The position numbers were made by a program, and so were the translations under genes. Positions 54,414-62,912 of a stretch of 64,000 nucleotides of DNA are shown here, in pieces. The stretch is taken from assembly GCA_964585655.1 (NCBI GenBank), contig CAZPER010000001.1:11729-75728 (forward strand), given 5' to 3'. Every line of letters starts with the position of its first letter. Position 1 is the stretch's first letter. Source of the stretch: an uncultured Gemmatimonadaceae bacterium (GTDB lineage Bacteria > Gemmatimonadota > Gemmatimonadetes > Gemmatimonadales > GWC2-71-9). The notes under the pieces are model-generated. The model did no database searches, was not told where the DNA came from, and saw only the letters and a program-made list of their open reading frames with translations.

Positions 54414-55517
54414 GTGACTCAAGTCCATGATGTGATCGTGGTTGGCGGTGGCCCGGTGGGCACGGCCTGCGCCCGGGAGTTCGCCAGCGCGGGCCGAAAG
54501 GTACTGCTCCTCGAGCGCGGTGGCGACGCGGGGGAGGGCTGGCGTGCGGCGGCCGGGATGCTGTCGGCCCAGGCCGGCTCCCACGGCGAGGATCCGCTCT
54601 TCGAACTAGGCATGGCCGGCCGCGAGCTCTACGCGGAACTGGCGCCGGCGCTCAAGGAGAATACGGGTCTCGACATCGGATTGTGGCAGGAGGGGATCGC
54701 CCGGCTGGCGGTGGACGACGCCGACGCCACCTACCTCCGCACCCAGGTGGCGTGGCAGCGGCAACAGGGCCATACCTGCGACTGGTTCGACGCCGCCGAG
54801 GTGAAGGCCCGGTGGCCCTGGCTCGGCCCCAGCCATGGGGCCCTGTGGGCACCGCGGGACGCGGCCCTCCACCCGGGGCGGCTGGTGGAGGCACTCCGGG
54901 CGGATGCGGTCCGGTGCGGAGTGAAGATCGTGCACGACACCGTGACCGCAGTCGAGCGGCGCGGCGACCGGGTCACGGGGGTAAGGGGCCGGGACGGTTA
55001 CGTCGGCGCCGATGTCGTCATCGCCGCCGGGCCGTGGTCCCGGCTCATCGACGGGCTGCCCCGGCCGCTCTCGGTGGAACCGATCCGCGGACAGATGGCG
55101 GCCCTGGCCTGGCCCGAGGGCGTTCCCCCGGCCATCATCCTCGGCCGCGGCAGCTACATCGTGGCCCGGGATGGAGAGGCGGTCATCGGCAGCACGATGG
55201 AGCATGCCGGGTACTCCACCGAAGTCTCCTCCGCGGGCCTGGCCGAGATCTTTACCGGAGCGAGTGCCCTCTGCCCCGCCCTCGCGGCCGGCGAGGTGCG
55301 CCGCACCTGGGCCGGCCTGCGCCCGATGACCCCCGATGGGCTTCCCATCCTGGGCCCGGAACCTCGCCTGGCGGGGCTCTGGTACGCTGCGGGCCACGGA
55401 CGGAACGGCATCCTGCTCGCGGCGATCACCGCGGTGGTGTTGCACCGCCTGCTCGACGGCGAGAACGACATCGAGCACCTGACGGCCCTCCGACCCGAGC
55501 GCTTCTGGTCCTGGTAG
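54414..55517 (+). CDS. FAD-dependent glycine/D-amino-acid oxidase (DAO family, ThiO-like)
   Basis: GTG start placed just before the dinucleotide fold DVIVVGGGPVGTACAREFA. The GHGRNGI motif lies near the C-terminus. Confidence 0.75.
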   Translation: MTQVHDVIVVGGGPVGTACAREFASAGRKVLLLERGGDAGEGWRAAAGMLSAQAGSHGEDPLFELGMAGRELYAELAPALKENTGLDIGLWQEGIARLAVDDADATYLRTQVAWQRQQGHTCDWFDAAEVKARWPWLGPSHGALWAPRDAALHPGRLVEALRADAVRCGVKIVHDTVTAVERRGDRVTGVRGRDGYVGADVVIAAGPWSRLIDGLPRPLSVEPIRGQMAALAWPEGVPPAIILGRGSYIVARDGEAVIGSTMEHAGYSTEVSSAGLAEIFTGASALCPALAAGEVRRTWAGLRPMTPDGLPILGPEPRLAGLWYAAGHGRNGILLAAITAVVLHRLLDGENDIEHLTALRPERFWSW

Positions 55518-55541
55518 GCAACGACGACGACGCCTCCCCCC

Positions 55542-55568
55542 GACGAGCCCGCGCACCGCGCGGGCTCG
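55542..55568 (+). terminator. rho-independent terminator after the oxidase gene
   Basis: ACGAGCCCGCG(C)-ACC-(G)CGCGGGCTCGT forms an 11-12-bp stem and is followed by TTCGCGTT. Confidence 0.5.
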
Positions 55569-55748
55569 TTCGCGTTCAGGCGGGCTTAGTTGCGGATCGG
55601 CCAACTGCCGGGCGCCCGAGGCCTTCGCCATCCCCGGAAAACATCCGCGGAGGAATGAGCGGCGTACGAGGAGCACTGGCGGGGATGTACCCCCGCCGCT
55701 GCAGGCGGGCCGGGCTGGTCCGCTCCACATCTGCCCAGGAGTCTCCTC

Positions 55749-56477
55749 ATGTTTCGCTGGCGCGCGCTCACGCGCTCCCACGGGCTCGCCGCCCTGCTGG
55801 CCCTCGCGACCGCCGCCGGTGGTGCCGCGGTGCTGGCGGGATCCGACCACCAGGACATGCCGCTGGTCGAGCTCAACCCCCGCATGGACCTGACAGACGT
55901 TTACGCCTTTCCCGGCTCCGCCCCGGGCCGGCTCGTGCTGGTGATGAACACCAGCGGGTTCCTCTCCCCGGCCCAGACGGCGGCCGCGGCCTTCGACCCG
56001 AACATCCTCTACCAGTTCAAGGTGGACAACGACGGGGACGCGCTCGAGGACCGGGTGATCCAGGTCAGCTTCGAAGGAAAGGGCACCAACCAGCGGGTGG
56101 TGGTCCGCGGCCCGGACGCGCCGGTGGTCAGCGGGGCCATGATGAACGTGGTGAACCAGAATGCCCCGACCCTGCGCGGCAACTTTAACACCGCGTTCGG
56201 CTCCGCCAACGGCATCCAGGCGTTCGCCGGCCCCCGGGACGACTCCTTCTTCCTCGACCTCGAGGCCGCCTTCTGCATCCTGCCCGACCGGCGTCCCGCC
56301 ACCGGCGCACTCTCCCAGCCCTGTGCCCTGCCGAGCGTCGGCTTCCGGGCCCCGGGCTCGGCCATCAACTACATCGCCGGATTCAATGTGCTCTCGATCG
56401 TCGTCGAGCTGCCCTCGTCCCTGCTCGAGGCCGGCGCACCCGGCAAGCTCGGCATCTGGGGCACCCTGAGCCGCTGA
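55749..56477 (+). CDS. DUF4331-like secreted protein (N-terminal half of the domain)
   Basis: AGGAG Shine-Dalgarno and a signal peptide. SDHQDMP...DLTDVYAF and YQFKVDNDGDALED match the DUF4331 N-terminal pattern. Confidence 0.65.
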   Translation: MFRWRALTRSHGLAALLALATAAGGAAVLAGSDHQDMPLVELNPRMDLTDVYAFPGSAPGRLVLVMNTSGFLSPAQTAAAAFDPNILYQFKVDNDGDALEDRVIQVSFEGKGTNQRVVVRGPDAPVVSGAMMNVVNQNAPTLRGNFNTAFGSANGIQAFAGPRDDSFFLDLEAAFCILPDRRPATGALSQPCALPSVGFRAPGSAINYIAGFNVLSIVVELPSSLLEAGAPGKLGIWGTLSR

Positions 56478-56501
56478 CCTCCACCACAGAGACCATACAC
56501 G

Positions 56502-57062
56502 ATGCGCACCCCCATGATCCTGCTCGGCCTGGCGCTCGGCGCGGCCGCGTGCAGCAACGATGACGGCGCCGGAACCGGCCCCGGCAAGACCACGACCTAC
56601 AACCAGGTGCAGCGCCTGGGCAACCCGCTGATCAGCGAAGTCCTGCTGGACAAGCGGAGCCACCCGACCCATGGCTCCATCGGGCCGGACCAGGATGGGG
56701 CCCTCATCGGGCCGGAGCTCTTCGCCCACCTGGTGATCGGCTCGCCCACGACCATCGCGGGCCGGGACACCGCCTACGTCAACATCCTCGCCAGCGTCCT
56801 CCTGCCCGACATGCTGATCGTGCAGACGGACAAGGACCCGGCGACGGCCAGCTGGCTCAACTGGGTGGGCGTGCCCCCGCTCGCCAACGGCTGGGGCGGC
56901 CGCAAGCTCCAGGATGACGTGGTGGACCTGGCCCTGCTGGCCGTCTTCGGCGACCCCTTCGGCGCCGACCCGGGCAACACCACCCCGAGCCTGATCACCG
57001 ACAACGTGGGGAGCGACAGCCCGTTCCTCGCCACGTTCCCGTACCTCGCGCCGCCGAACTGA
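56502..57062 (+). CDS. DUF4331-like lipoprotein (C-terminal half of the domain)
   Basis: Its own lipobox, LALGAAAC. RLGNPLISEVL, LLPDMLIV, NGWGGRKLQDDVVDLAL and FPYLAPP match the DUF4331 C-terminal pattern. Confidence 0.6.
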   Translation: MRTPMILLGLALGAAACSNDDGAGTGPGKTTTYNQVQRLGNPLISEVLLDKRSHPTHGSIGPDQDGALIGPELFAHLVIGSPTTIAGRDTAYVNILASVLLPDMLIVQTDKDPATASWLNWVGVPPLANGWGGRKLQDDVVDLALLAVFGDPFGADPGNTTPSLITDNVGSDSPFLATFPYLAPPN

Positions 57063-57133
57063 CGGCGCCGGCCGGCGGTCCGGTGGCTGTCGCACCGGGC
57101 CGTCGCGCCGTTCACGGTCCCTGGAGTCCCCTG

Positions 57134-58318
57134 ATGAGTATGTGGCGGCTTCTCCCCCTGGTCCTGCTTCCGGCTACCGGCTGCGGGCGTGCGGTCGCGC
57201 CGGCGCCGCTCGCCATGACGACGGCATCCGTTCGCGACGCCGACATCCGGTTCTACGAGACCCGCGCGGCGCGTGACCCCTACGGCGCGCGGGACCGGGC
57301 CATGCTCGCGGCGCTGTACCTCGAACGGGGCCGTGCGACCGGTGCCGAGGCAGACCTGGCGGCGGCGGAACGGCTGGCGCGGGCCAGTACCACGACCAGG
57401 CGGGCGCACAACGAGGCCGCGGCCTCGGTCCTCGCGGGGACGCTGGGGGCCCAGCACCGATTCGCCGAGGCGTACACGATCATGGCCGCCGTCTTCGCCC
57501 GCGATTCGGGGGACGCGGTGGTCCGCGCCACGCTGGGGGAGATCGCGCTCGAGTTGGGCCGGTACGAGGAAGCGGACCGGCTCTTCGGGCCCCTGCGCCT
57601 CGTGGCGCTGGCCCCCGCCGTCGGGCCCCGTTACGCCCGCTGGCTCGAGTTGCGCGGCGAGTCCGGGGCGGCGCGGCGGCTGCTCGAGGAGCTGCGAGCC
57701 ACGCAGGCGGGCGAGTTTCGGGTTTCCCCGGAGCAGCTGGCCTGGTACGACCTGCGCCTCGGCGACCTCGCGGCGCGCCACGGGCGGCCCGATCTGGCCG
57801 AGGCGGCGTACCAGCGCGGACTCACCGTCGCGCCGGGCGACCCGCGGCTGCTGGCCGCCCGCGGCCGGCTGGCGCTCGAACGGGGGGCCACCGCGGAGGC
57901 CCGCCGCCTGGGCGAGGAGGCGCTCGCCCTGCGCTACGACCCTGCCGTGCTGATGCTCCTCGCGGAAGTGGCGGAGCAGGAGGGAGACAGCGCCCGCCGG
58001 GCCGACTACGTGGCCGCGGTGGAGCTGGCGGTCCTCGGCACGGCGAGCGGTTTCCATCGGGCGGCCGCGCTATTCCTGCTGGATCGCGGCATCCGGGTCG
58101 CCGAGATCCGGGACCGGGCCCTGGCGGACCTCGAGACCCGTCGGGACGTGCAGGGCTACGATCTGGCGGCGTGGGCGGCCTACAAGGCGGGGGACCTCCG
58201 TGCCGCGGTACCACTCGCCCGGGCCGCGACCGCGCGAAACGTTGGCGACACGGGACTTGAACGCCGGGCGGCGACCATCGCGCAGGCCGATGGCGGCAAT
58301 GCCCGGGTGACGCCGTGA
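57134..58318 (+). CDS. TPR-repeat lipoprotein
   Basis: Lipobox LLPATGC. Multiple Ala/Leu/Arg-rich TPR-like hairpins follow. Confidence 0.65.
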   Translation: MSMWRLLPLVLLPATGCGRAVAPAPLAMTTASVRDADIRFYETRAARDPYGARDRAMLAALYLERGRATGAEADLAAAERLARASTTTRRAHNEAAASVLAGTLGAQHRFAEAYTIMAAVFARDSGDAVVRATLGEIALELGRYEEADRLFGPLRLVALAPAVGPRYARWLELRGESGAARRLLEELRATQAGEFRVSPEQLAWYDLRLGDLAARHGRPDLAEAAYQRGLTVAPGDPRLLAARGRLALERGATAEARRLGEEALALRYDPAVLMLLAEVAEQEGDSARRADYVAAVELAVLGTASGFHRAAALFLLDRGIRVAEIRDRALADLETRRDVQGYDLAAWAAYKAGDLRAAVPLARAATARNVGDTGLERRAATIAQADGGNARVTP

Positions 58319-58758
58319 CTCCTGGTCGGCTGCTTCTCGGGCTGGTGCTGGCGGTGCATCCGCTGCATTCCACGCACACCGAGCTCCGGGAGGAGCGAGG
58401 CGGGGGTGTCACCCTCACGGTGCGCGCCTTCACTGACGACCTGCACGTGGCGGTGCGCGCGGCCGAAGGGGGCGTCGGAGACTCGGCGCTGGCCCGGTAC
58501 GTCCGTCGGACGCTCCGGCTCACCGGGGCCGCCGGCCAGCCGGTGCCGCTCGAATGGCACGGGGTGCGGGCCGATGGTAACGTGACGTACCTTTCACTCA
58601 CCGGCCTCCTTCGGGGCGGACTCCGCGGGGCCCAGGTCCAGCAGGTCATGTTGATGGAGCGCTTTTCCGACCAGGTGAACGTGGTGCAGGTCCGGACACC
58701 TGGCGGCGCCACGAGCCTGCTCTTCCTCCCGGGCCAGGGGCCGAAGGTCCTCCCGTGA
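58315..58758 (+). CDS. DUF6702-like small secreted protein
   Basis: GTGA overlap with the upstream stop. HPLHSTHTEL...LTVRAFTDDLHVAV matches the HP.H.S.TE...R.F.DDL pattern. Confidence 0.5.
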   Translation: MTPGRLLLGLVLAVHPLHSTHTELREERGGGVTLTVRAFTDDLHVAVRAAEGGVGDSALARYVRRTLRLTGAAGQPVPLEWHGVRADGNVTYLSLTGLLRGGLRGAQVQQVMLMERFSDQVNVVQVRTPGGATSLLFLPGQGPKVLP

Positions 58759-58874
58759 CCCGTGACGGTGCACTCTGGCCTTGTGTCCCGTTCGCAGGGC
58801 GGACTAGACTGATGCATCCTGGCGCCGACTCCGTCTCCCTCGCTCCCCCCGGGACCCGCACGCTTCCACGGCCG

Positions 58875-59471
58875 ATGACCGATTCCTCCACCACGCCCCG
58901 GGACGCCGACCTGGTGCTCCGCATGGCTCGCGGCGACGAAGCGGCGCTCGGGACGCTGTACGATCGCTTCGGCGGCGTCCTGTACGCCGTGGCGTTCCGG
59001 GTGCTGGGCGAGAAGGCGGACGCCGAGGAAGTGGTGTTCGAGGCGTTTGCGCAGGCGTGGCGGGATGCCGGGCGGTTCGACCCGGCGCGCGGCTCGGCGG
59101 CCGCGTGGCTCACGATGATGGCCCGGAGCCGGGCACTCGACCTGGTGCGCTCGCAATCCCGGCGGGCCCGGATCACGGACACCGCGGCGCGGGAGGACAG
59201 CAGCACCGCCCCGGCGATGAGCGGCGGCTTCACCGCCCCAGGCTCCGCGCTGGAAGAGGACGAACGGCGCCGCGCGGTGCGCCAGGCGCTCGAGGGCCTG
59301 GCACCGCCGCAACGGCAGGCGATCGAACTGGCGTACTACGAGGGGTTGTCCCAGTCCGAGATTGCCGCACGGCTGCAGGAGCCGCTCGGCACCATCAAGA
59401 CCAGGATGCGGCTCGGGATGCAGAAGCTCCGCGATGCACTCCGACCGTACTATTTCGAGGGGGCAGTGTGA
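58875..59471 (+). CDS. ECF (group 4) sigma-70 factor, SigK-like
   Basis: Region 2 (LYDRFGGVLYAVAFRVLG, AEEVVFEAFAQAW) and region 4 (LAYYEGLSQSEIAARLQEPLGTIKTRMRLG). Confidence 0.85.
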   Translation: MTDSSTTPRDADLVLRMARGDEAALGTLYDRFGGVLYAVAFRVLGEKADAEEVVFEAFAQAWRDAGRFDPARGSAAAWLTMMARSRALDLVRSQSRRARITDTAAREDSSTAPAMSGGFTAPGSALEEDERRRAVRQALEGLAPPQRQAIELAYYEGLSQSEIAARLQEPLGTIKTRMRLGMQKLRDALRPYYFEGAV

Positions 59472-60259
59472 GCGGCGCCGGTCAGGATCCCAGGGAACTC
59501 GCTGCGGCCTACAGCCTCGGCGCCCTCGACCCGGAGGAGACTCGGGCCTTCGAGGCGGCGCTCGCCGGCTCCCCGGAGCTGCAGCGGGAGGTCGCCGAAT
59601 ACCGGGAGGTCGGCGCGCTGCTCGCGCAGGGGGCACCGGCACCGGGCGCCGGGTTGCCGGCCGCGCTCCGGGCCCGGGTGTTGGCGCAGGCGGCGGCATC
59701 GAAGCAAGCGCGCGTCAGGCCCCGCGCGCCGGGGCTCCTGTGGCTGGCACTGGCCGCTTCGCTCCTGGCGCTCGGCGCGACCTCCGTGCTCTGGTTCCGT
59801 ACCCGCGAGGGGCTGGCGGAGCGGGATCGCGCCATCGCCGCGCTGCGCGACAGCCTGGCGGCCCGCGAGCAGTTGCTGGCATACCGGGAGGCCGAGATCA
59901 ACGCCATCCTCGACCCGAACGTCACGCTGACCCTGATGGGAGAGGCGGACTCCCCCAAGCCCACGGTGCAGCTGTTCTGGAACCGGAAGACCAACCGGAT
60001 GCTGGTGCACGCCTTCCAGCTCGCGCCGGCGGCGAGCCGCCGCGCCTACCAGCTCTGGTTCATTCCGAAGCACGGCGCACCGATTCCCTCGATCACCTTC
60101 AACACCGAGGCATCCGGACACGGGCTGGTCCCGGAGGTGAAGGTGCCCGCCGGCATGGAGCTGGCGGCCGCCGCGATCACCGAGGAGCCGGAAGGGGGAA
60201 GCCCCCAGCCGACCACCCCGGTGCTGCTGGTCGCCAGCTTCACCGCGGCGGGGTCCTGA
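59468..60259 (+). CDS. anti-sigma factor (RskA-like, single TM)
   Basis: GTGA overlap with the sigma gene. The N-terminal anti-sigma helix is LAAAYSLGALDPEE. A central TM (LLWLALAASLLALGA) is present. C-terminal YQLWFIP...AITEEPEGGSPQPT. Confidence 0.75.
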   Translation: MSGAGQDPRELAAAYSLGALDPEETRAFEAALAGSPELQREVAEYREVGALLAQGAPAPGAGLPAALRARVLAQAAASKQARVRPRAPGLLWLALAASLLALGATSVLWFRTREGLAERDRAIAALRDSLAAREQLLAYREAEINAILDPNVTLTLMGEADSPKPTVQLFWNRKTNRMLVHAFQLAPAASRRAYQLWFIPKHGAPIPSITFNTEASGHGLVPEVKVPAGMELAAAAITEEPEGGSPQPTTPVLLVASFTAAGS

Positions 60260-60264
60260 GCGGC

Positions 60265-61074
60265 ATGCGCCTGCTGCTCGCCGCGGCGCTGCTGGCCGCT
60301 CCGCTGGGAGCCCAGGTTCCGGCCGACCTCCAGCGGGAACGGGATGAGTTCGCCCGCTGGCTGAGCACCGATCCCACGTCTCCCTACGCTGCCCTCGGGT
60401 TGCACCCGGTGGGGAGCGGGATGAGCATCGGCGCCGAGCCAGCGGACATCCCCATGCCCGGCGTGGCGCGCGGGATCATCACCGAGGAGCGGGGCGTGGT
60501 GGTGCTGACCACCGCCGGCACACGGCGCGTGCTGCCGCGGGAGCGGGTGGTGCCGCTCGGCGCGGAGTACCGGCTGTTCGTTTCGGGGGCGCCGGGACGC
60601 GCCGTGGTGGTGGCGTTCGGGGCGGTGCGCCAGCCGAAGCAGCCGGTGTTCTACGGGTACGAGGCGGGGGTGCGGCTCAGCGCCACCCTCGAGGCGCCGG
60701 AACGCCGGGGCCGATTTCGCACCCTTGGGCTCGACGGCGCGGAGACCGACGCGACGGAGGCGGGCTTCGTGACCCTCACGCTGCCCACCGCGCGCCCACG
60801 CCTCCGGGTCTACCGGGTCGGCGCTGCGGACGACGAGGAAGCGCCGCTCCTCATCTTCTTCCGGGACTCCACCAACGCCCGAGGGACATACCCGGCGGGG
60901 CGGTTCGTGGAGCTCATTCCCGCAGCGAGCGGTCGCTACCTGGTGGACTTCAACCGGGCCAGGAATCCGTACTGCGCCTACAGCAGCATCTTCCCCTGCC
61001 CCGCCCCGTGGCCCGGCAACGCCGTGGCGGCGGCGATCCCCGCGGGGGAGCGCTACCCGGCCACCGCGCCCTAG
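60265..61074 (+). CDS. DUF1684-family secreted protein
   Basis: A signal peptide is followed by F.D.TN....YPAGRFVEL...DFNRARNPYCAYSSIFPCPAPWPGN, the DUF1684 signature. Confidence 0.8.
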   Translation: MRLLLAAALLAAPLGAQVPADLQRERDEFARWLSTDPTSPYAALGLHPVGSGMSIGAEPADIPMPGVARGIITEERGVVVLTTAGTRRVLPRERVVPLGAEYRLFVSGAPGRAVVVAFGAVRQPKQPVFYGYEAGVRLSATLEAPERRGRFRTLGLDGAETDATEAGFVTLTLPTARPRLRVYRVGAADDEEAPLLIFFRDSTNARGTYPAGRFVELIPAASGRYLVDFNRARNPYCAYSSIFPCPAPWPGNAVAAAIPAGERYPATAP

Positions 61075-61107
61075 CGCGACGGGGGCCGGCGTCGCCTGAT
61101 TTCCTCC

Positions 61108-62283
61108 ATGCTTGCCATCCTGCTCTCCCTGCTGACCCCCACGGACGTTGCCGGCCCCTGGCGGGCCGCGCTCGACCTCGCGGGAGGACCGCTCGAGTTC
61201 GGGCTCACCCTCGAAGGCAGCGGCCCCACCCTTTCCGGACGTCTCTGCAACGCCACCACCTGCGAATCCTTCTCCGCGGTGCGCTGGGAGGGGGACAGCC
61301 TGGTGCTCGAACTGGGCGACTATGCGGCGTCCATCGCCGTGGTGGTCCGCGGGGATTCGCTGGTCGGCCGGTACCACAACGTCGGGCGCCGGGGTCCGCG
61401 CACCATCCCCCTCCGTGCCGCCCGGGGCGCGTGGGCTGGCGTGGCCGCAACTCCCGCCCTGCTGGGCCGGTGGGACGCCTGGTTCCTGAGCGGCTTCGAA
61501 CAGACTCCCCGGATCCTCGAGTTCCGGAACGGGCCGCTCGGACTCGAGGGGACGGTCATCTCGAACTCCGGAGACTACGGCCTCTTCGCGGGGTGGATGC
61601 GTGGGGACAGCCTGGTCCTGGGGCACTTCGACGGGTCATTCGTCTATCGCCTGAGCGCACGGCTCGATGGCGACACCCTCCGCGGCACTTTCCACGCCGG
61701 GCTCCGGACTCAGACGGCGTTCGTGGCGACGCGGGCTACGGGGCGGCCGCATCTGACGCCACCCACGGCCGTCACCCGGGCGGACACCGCCGCTCCGCTC
61801 CAGCTCGCCTTCACCGATCTCGAGGGGCACACCGTCTCCCTCGCCGATCCACAGTTCCGCGGCAAGGTGGTCCTGGTGGACCTCTTTGGCACCTGGTGTC
61901 CCACCTGTCACGATGCGGCGCCCACGCTGGTGGCGCTCGACCGGGAGTTCCGGGATCGGGGGCTCGCGGTGGTGGGGGTGGCGTTCGAGGTGACGGGCGA
62001 CAGCGCGCAGGACGCGCCGCTGGTCCGCCGCTACCGCGACAAGTTCGGCATCACCTTTCCCCTGCTGCTCGGCGGTGTGGCCGAGGCGGAGGTGGTGAGC
62101 GCGGCCATTCCACAGCTGGACGGGTTCACCGCCTACCCTACCACCCTGTTCGTGGGTCGCGATGGCAGGGTGCGGCGCATTCATGCCGGCTTCTATGGGC
62201 CGGCCACGGGGCCCGCCCATGGGGCGATCGTGGCGGAGTTCCGGCGGGAGGTGGAGCGGCTGCTGGCGGAGCCGGGGCAGTAG
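61108..62283 (+). CDS. TlpA/redoxin-type thiol-disulfide oxidoreductase with duplicated N-terminal module
   Basis: VVLVDLFGTWCPTCHDAAP is the CxxC active site. The N-terminal ~200 aa contain two related modules (GDSLVLELGDYAASIAVVVRGDSLVGRYH and GDSLVLGHFDGSFVYRLSARLDGDTLRGTFH). Confidence 0.8.
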   Translation: MLAILLSLLTPTDVAGPWRAALDLAGGPLEFGLTLEGSGPTLSGRLCNATTCESFSAVRWEGDSLVLELGDYAASIAVVVRGDSLVGRYHNVGRRGPRTIPLRAARGAWAGVAATPALLGRWDAWFLSGFEQTPRILEFRNGPLGLEGTVISNSGDYGLFAGWMRGDSLVLGHFDGSFVYRLSARLDGDTLRGTFHAGLRTQTAFVATRATGRPHLTPPTAVTRADTAAPLQLAFTDLEGHTVSLADPQFRGKVVLVDLFGTWCPTCHDAAPTLVALDREFRDRGLAVVGVAFEVTGDSAQDAPLVRRYRDKFGITFPLLLGGVAEAEVVSAAIPQLDGFTAYPTTLFVGRDGRVRRIHAGFYGPATGPAHGAIVAEFRREVERLLAEPGQ

Positions 62284-62309
62284 AGGCAGGGGCGGAGGTC
62301 CGGTCGCCC

Positions 62310-62843
62310 CTACGACGGGCTCCGCAACATCAGGGCAGGTACAGTGGCATCCCGATCCACCTTCAGCCCGATCCATTCACCCCGGATGGCGTGGGTCGGC
62401 ACCCCGCAGAGCAGCCAGTACCAGCCGGCCTGATCGGCCACGAAGGTGGTCAGATCGCGCTGACCGGGCTTGAGCCCCACCAGCACCGCGCGGCTGAGGG
62501 CGTTCTCCAGCGCCGGGCGTCCTCCCTCCTGAGGGAGCTTCTCCCGCTCCGCCATCACCACCAGGCTGTGGGACTGGACGCTGTCCCGGTTGACCCAGGT
62601 CCACTTCACCGTCCAGTTGAGCGGCACCACCAGCTGGGCCATGCCGTGGTGCAGGCCGTTCAACGTTGCGATCCCCCCGGGCCCGCCGGCCTCGGCCTGG
62701 AGCGTGAGGCTGACGGTCCGGCCCGCGGTGTCCACGACGATCCAGTCGGGAAGTCCCTGGGCGGCCATCCCCCCCGGCCACAGCAGGGCCAGCAGCACTG
62801 CAATCAGCCTGCGACGCACCGGCACTCCCGGGTGGACGGTCAT
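62310..62843 (-). CDS. cupredoxin (sulfocyanin-like) with non-canonical axial ligand position
   Basis: Signal peptide present. The candidate upstream His lies in SHSLVV. The C-terminal loop CGVPTHAIRGEW has C-x4-H-x4-E spacing where sulfocyanins have C-x4-H-x4-M. Confidence 0.6.
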   Translation of the reverse strand: MTVHPGVPVRRRLIAVLLALLWPGGMAAQGLPDWIVVDTAGRTVSLTLQAEAGGPGGIATLNGLHHGMAQLVVPLNWTVKWTWVNRDSVQSHSLVVMAEREKLPQEGGRPALENALSRAVLVGLKPGQRDLTTFVADQAGWYWLLCGVPTHAIRGEWIGLKVDRDATVPALMLRSPS

Positions 62844-62912
62844 GGCGCTTTACTCGGTCCGACGGTAATGTATGCGCTCCTCCATGTCTGCCCCATCCCC
62901 CGGAGTCCCCTG

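Noticed and set aside
54606-57095. 829-aa minus-strand ORF
   Set aside because: It spans three independently supported plus-strand genes (the oxidase and both DUF4331 halves) and the terminator between them. It has shadow-frame composition.
58759-58874. ECF-type autoregulatory promoter upstream of the sigma factor gene
   Set aside because: CGTCT (about 58833) and GCATCC-like elements are present, but no -35/-10 pair with 16-17-nt spacing could be aligned convincingly by eye.
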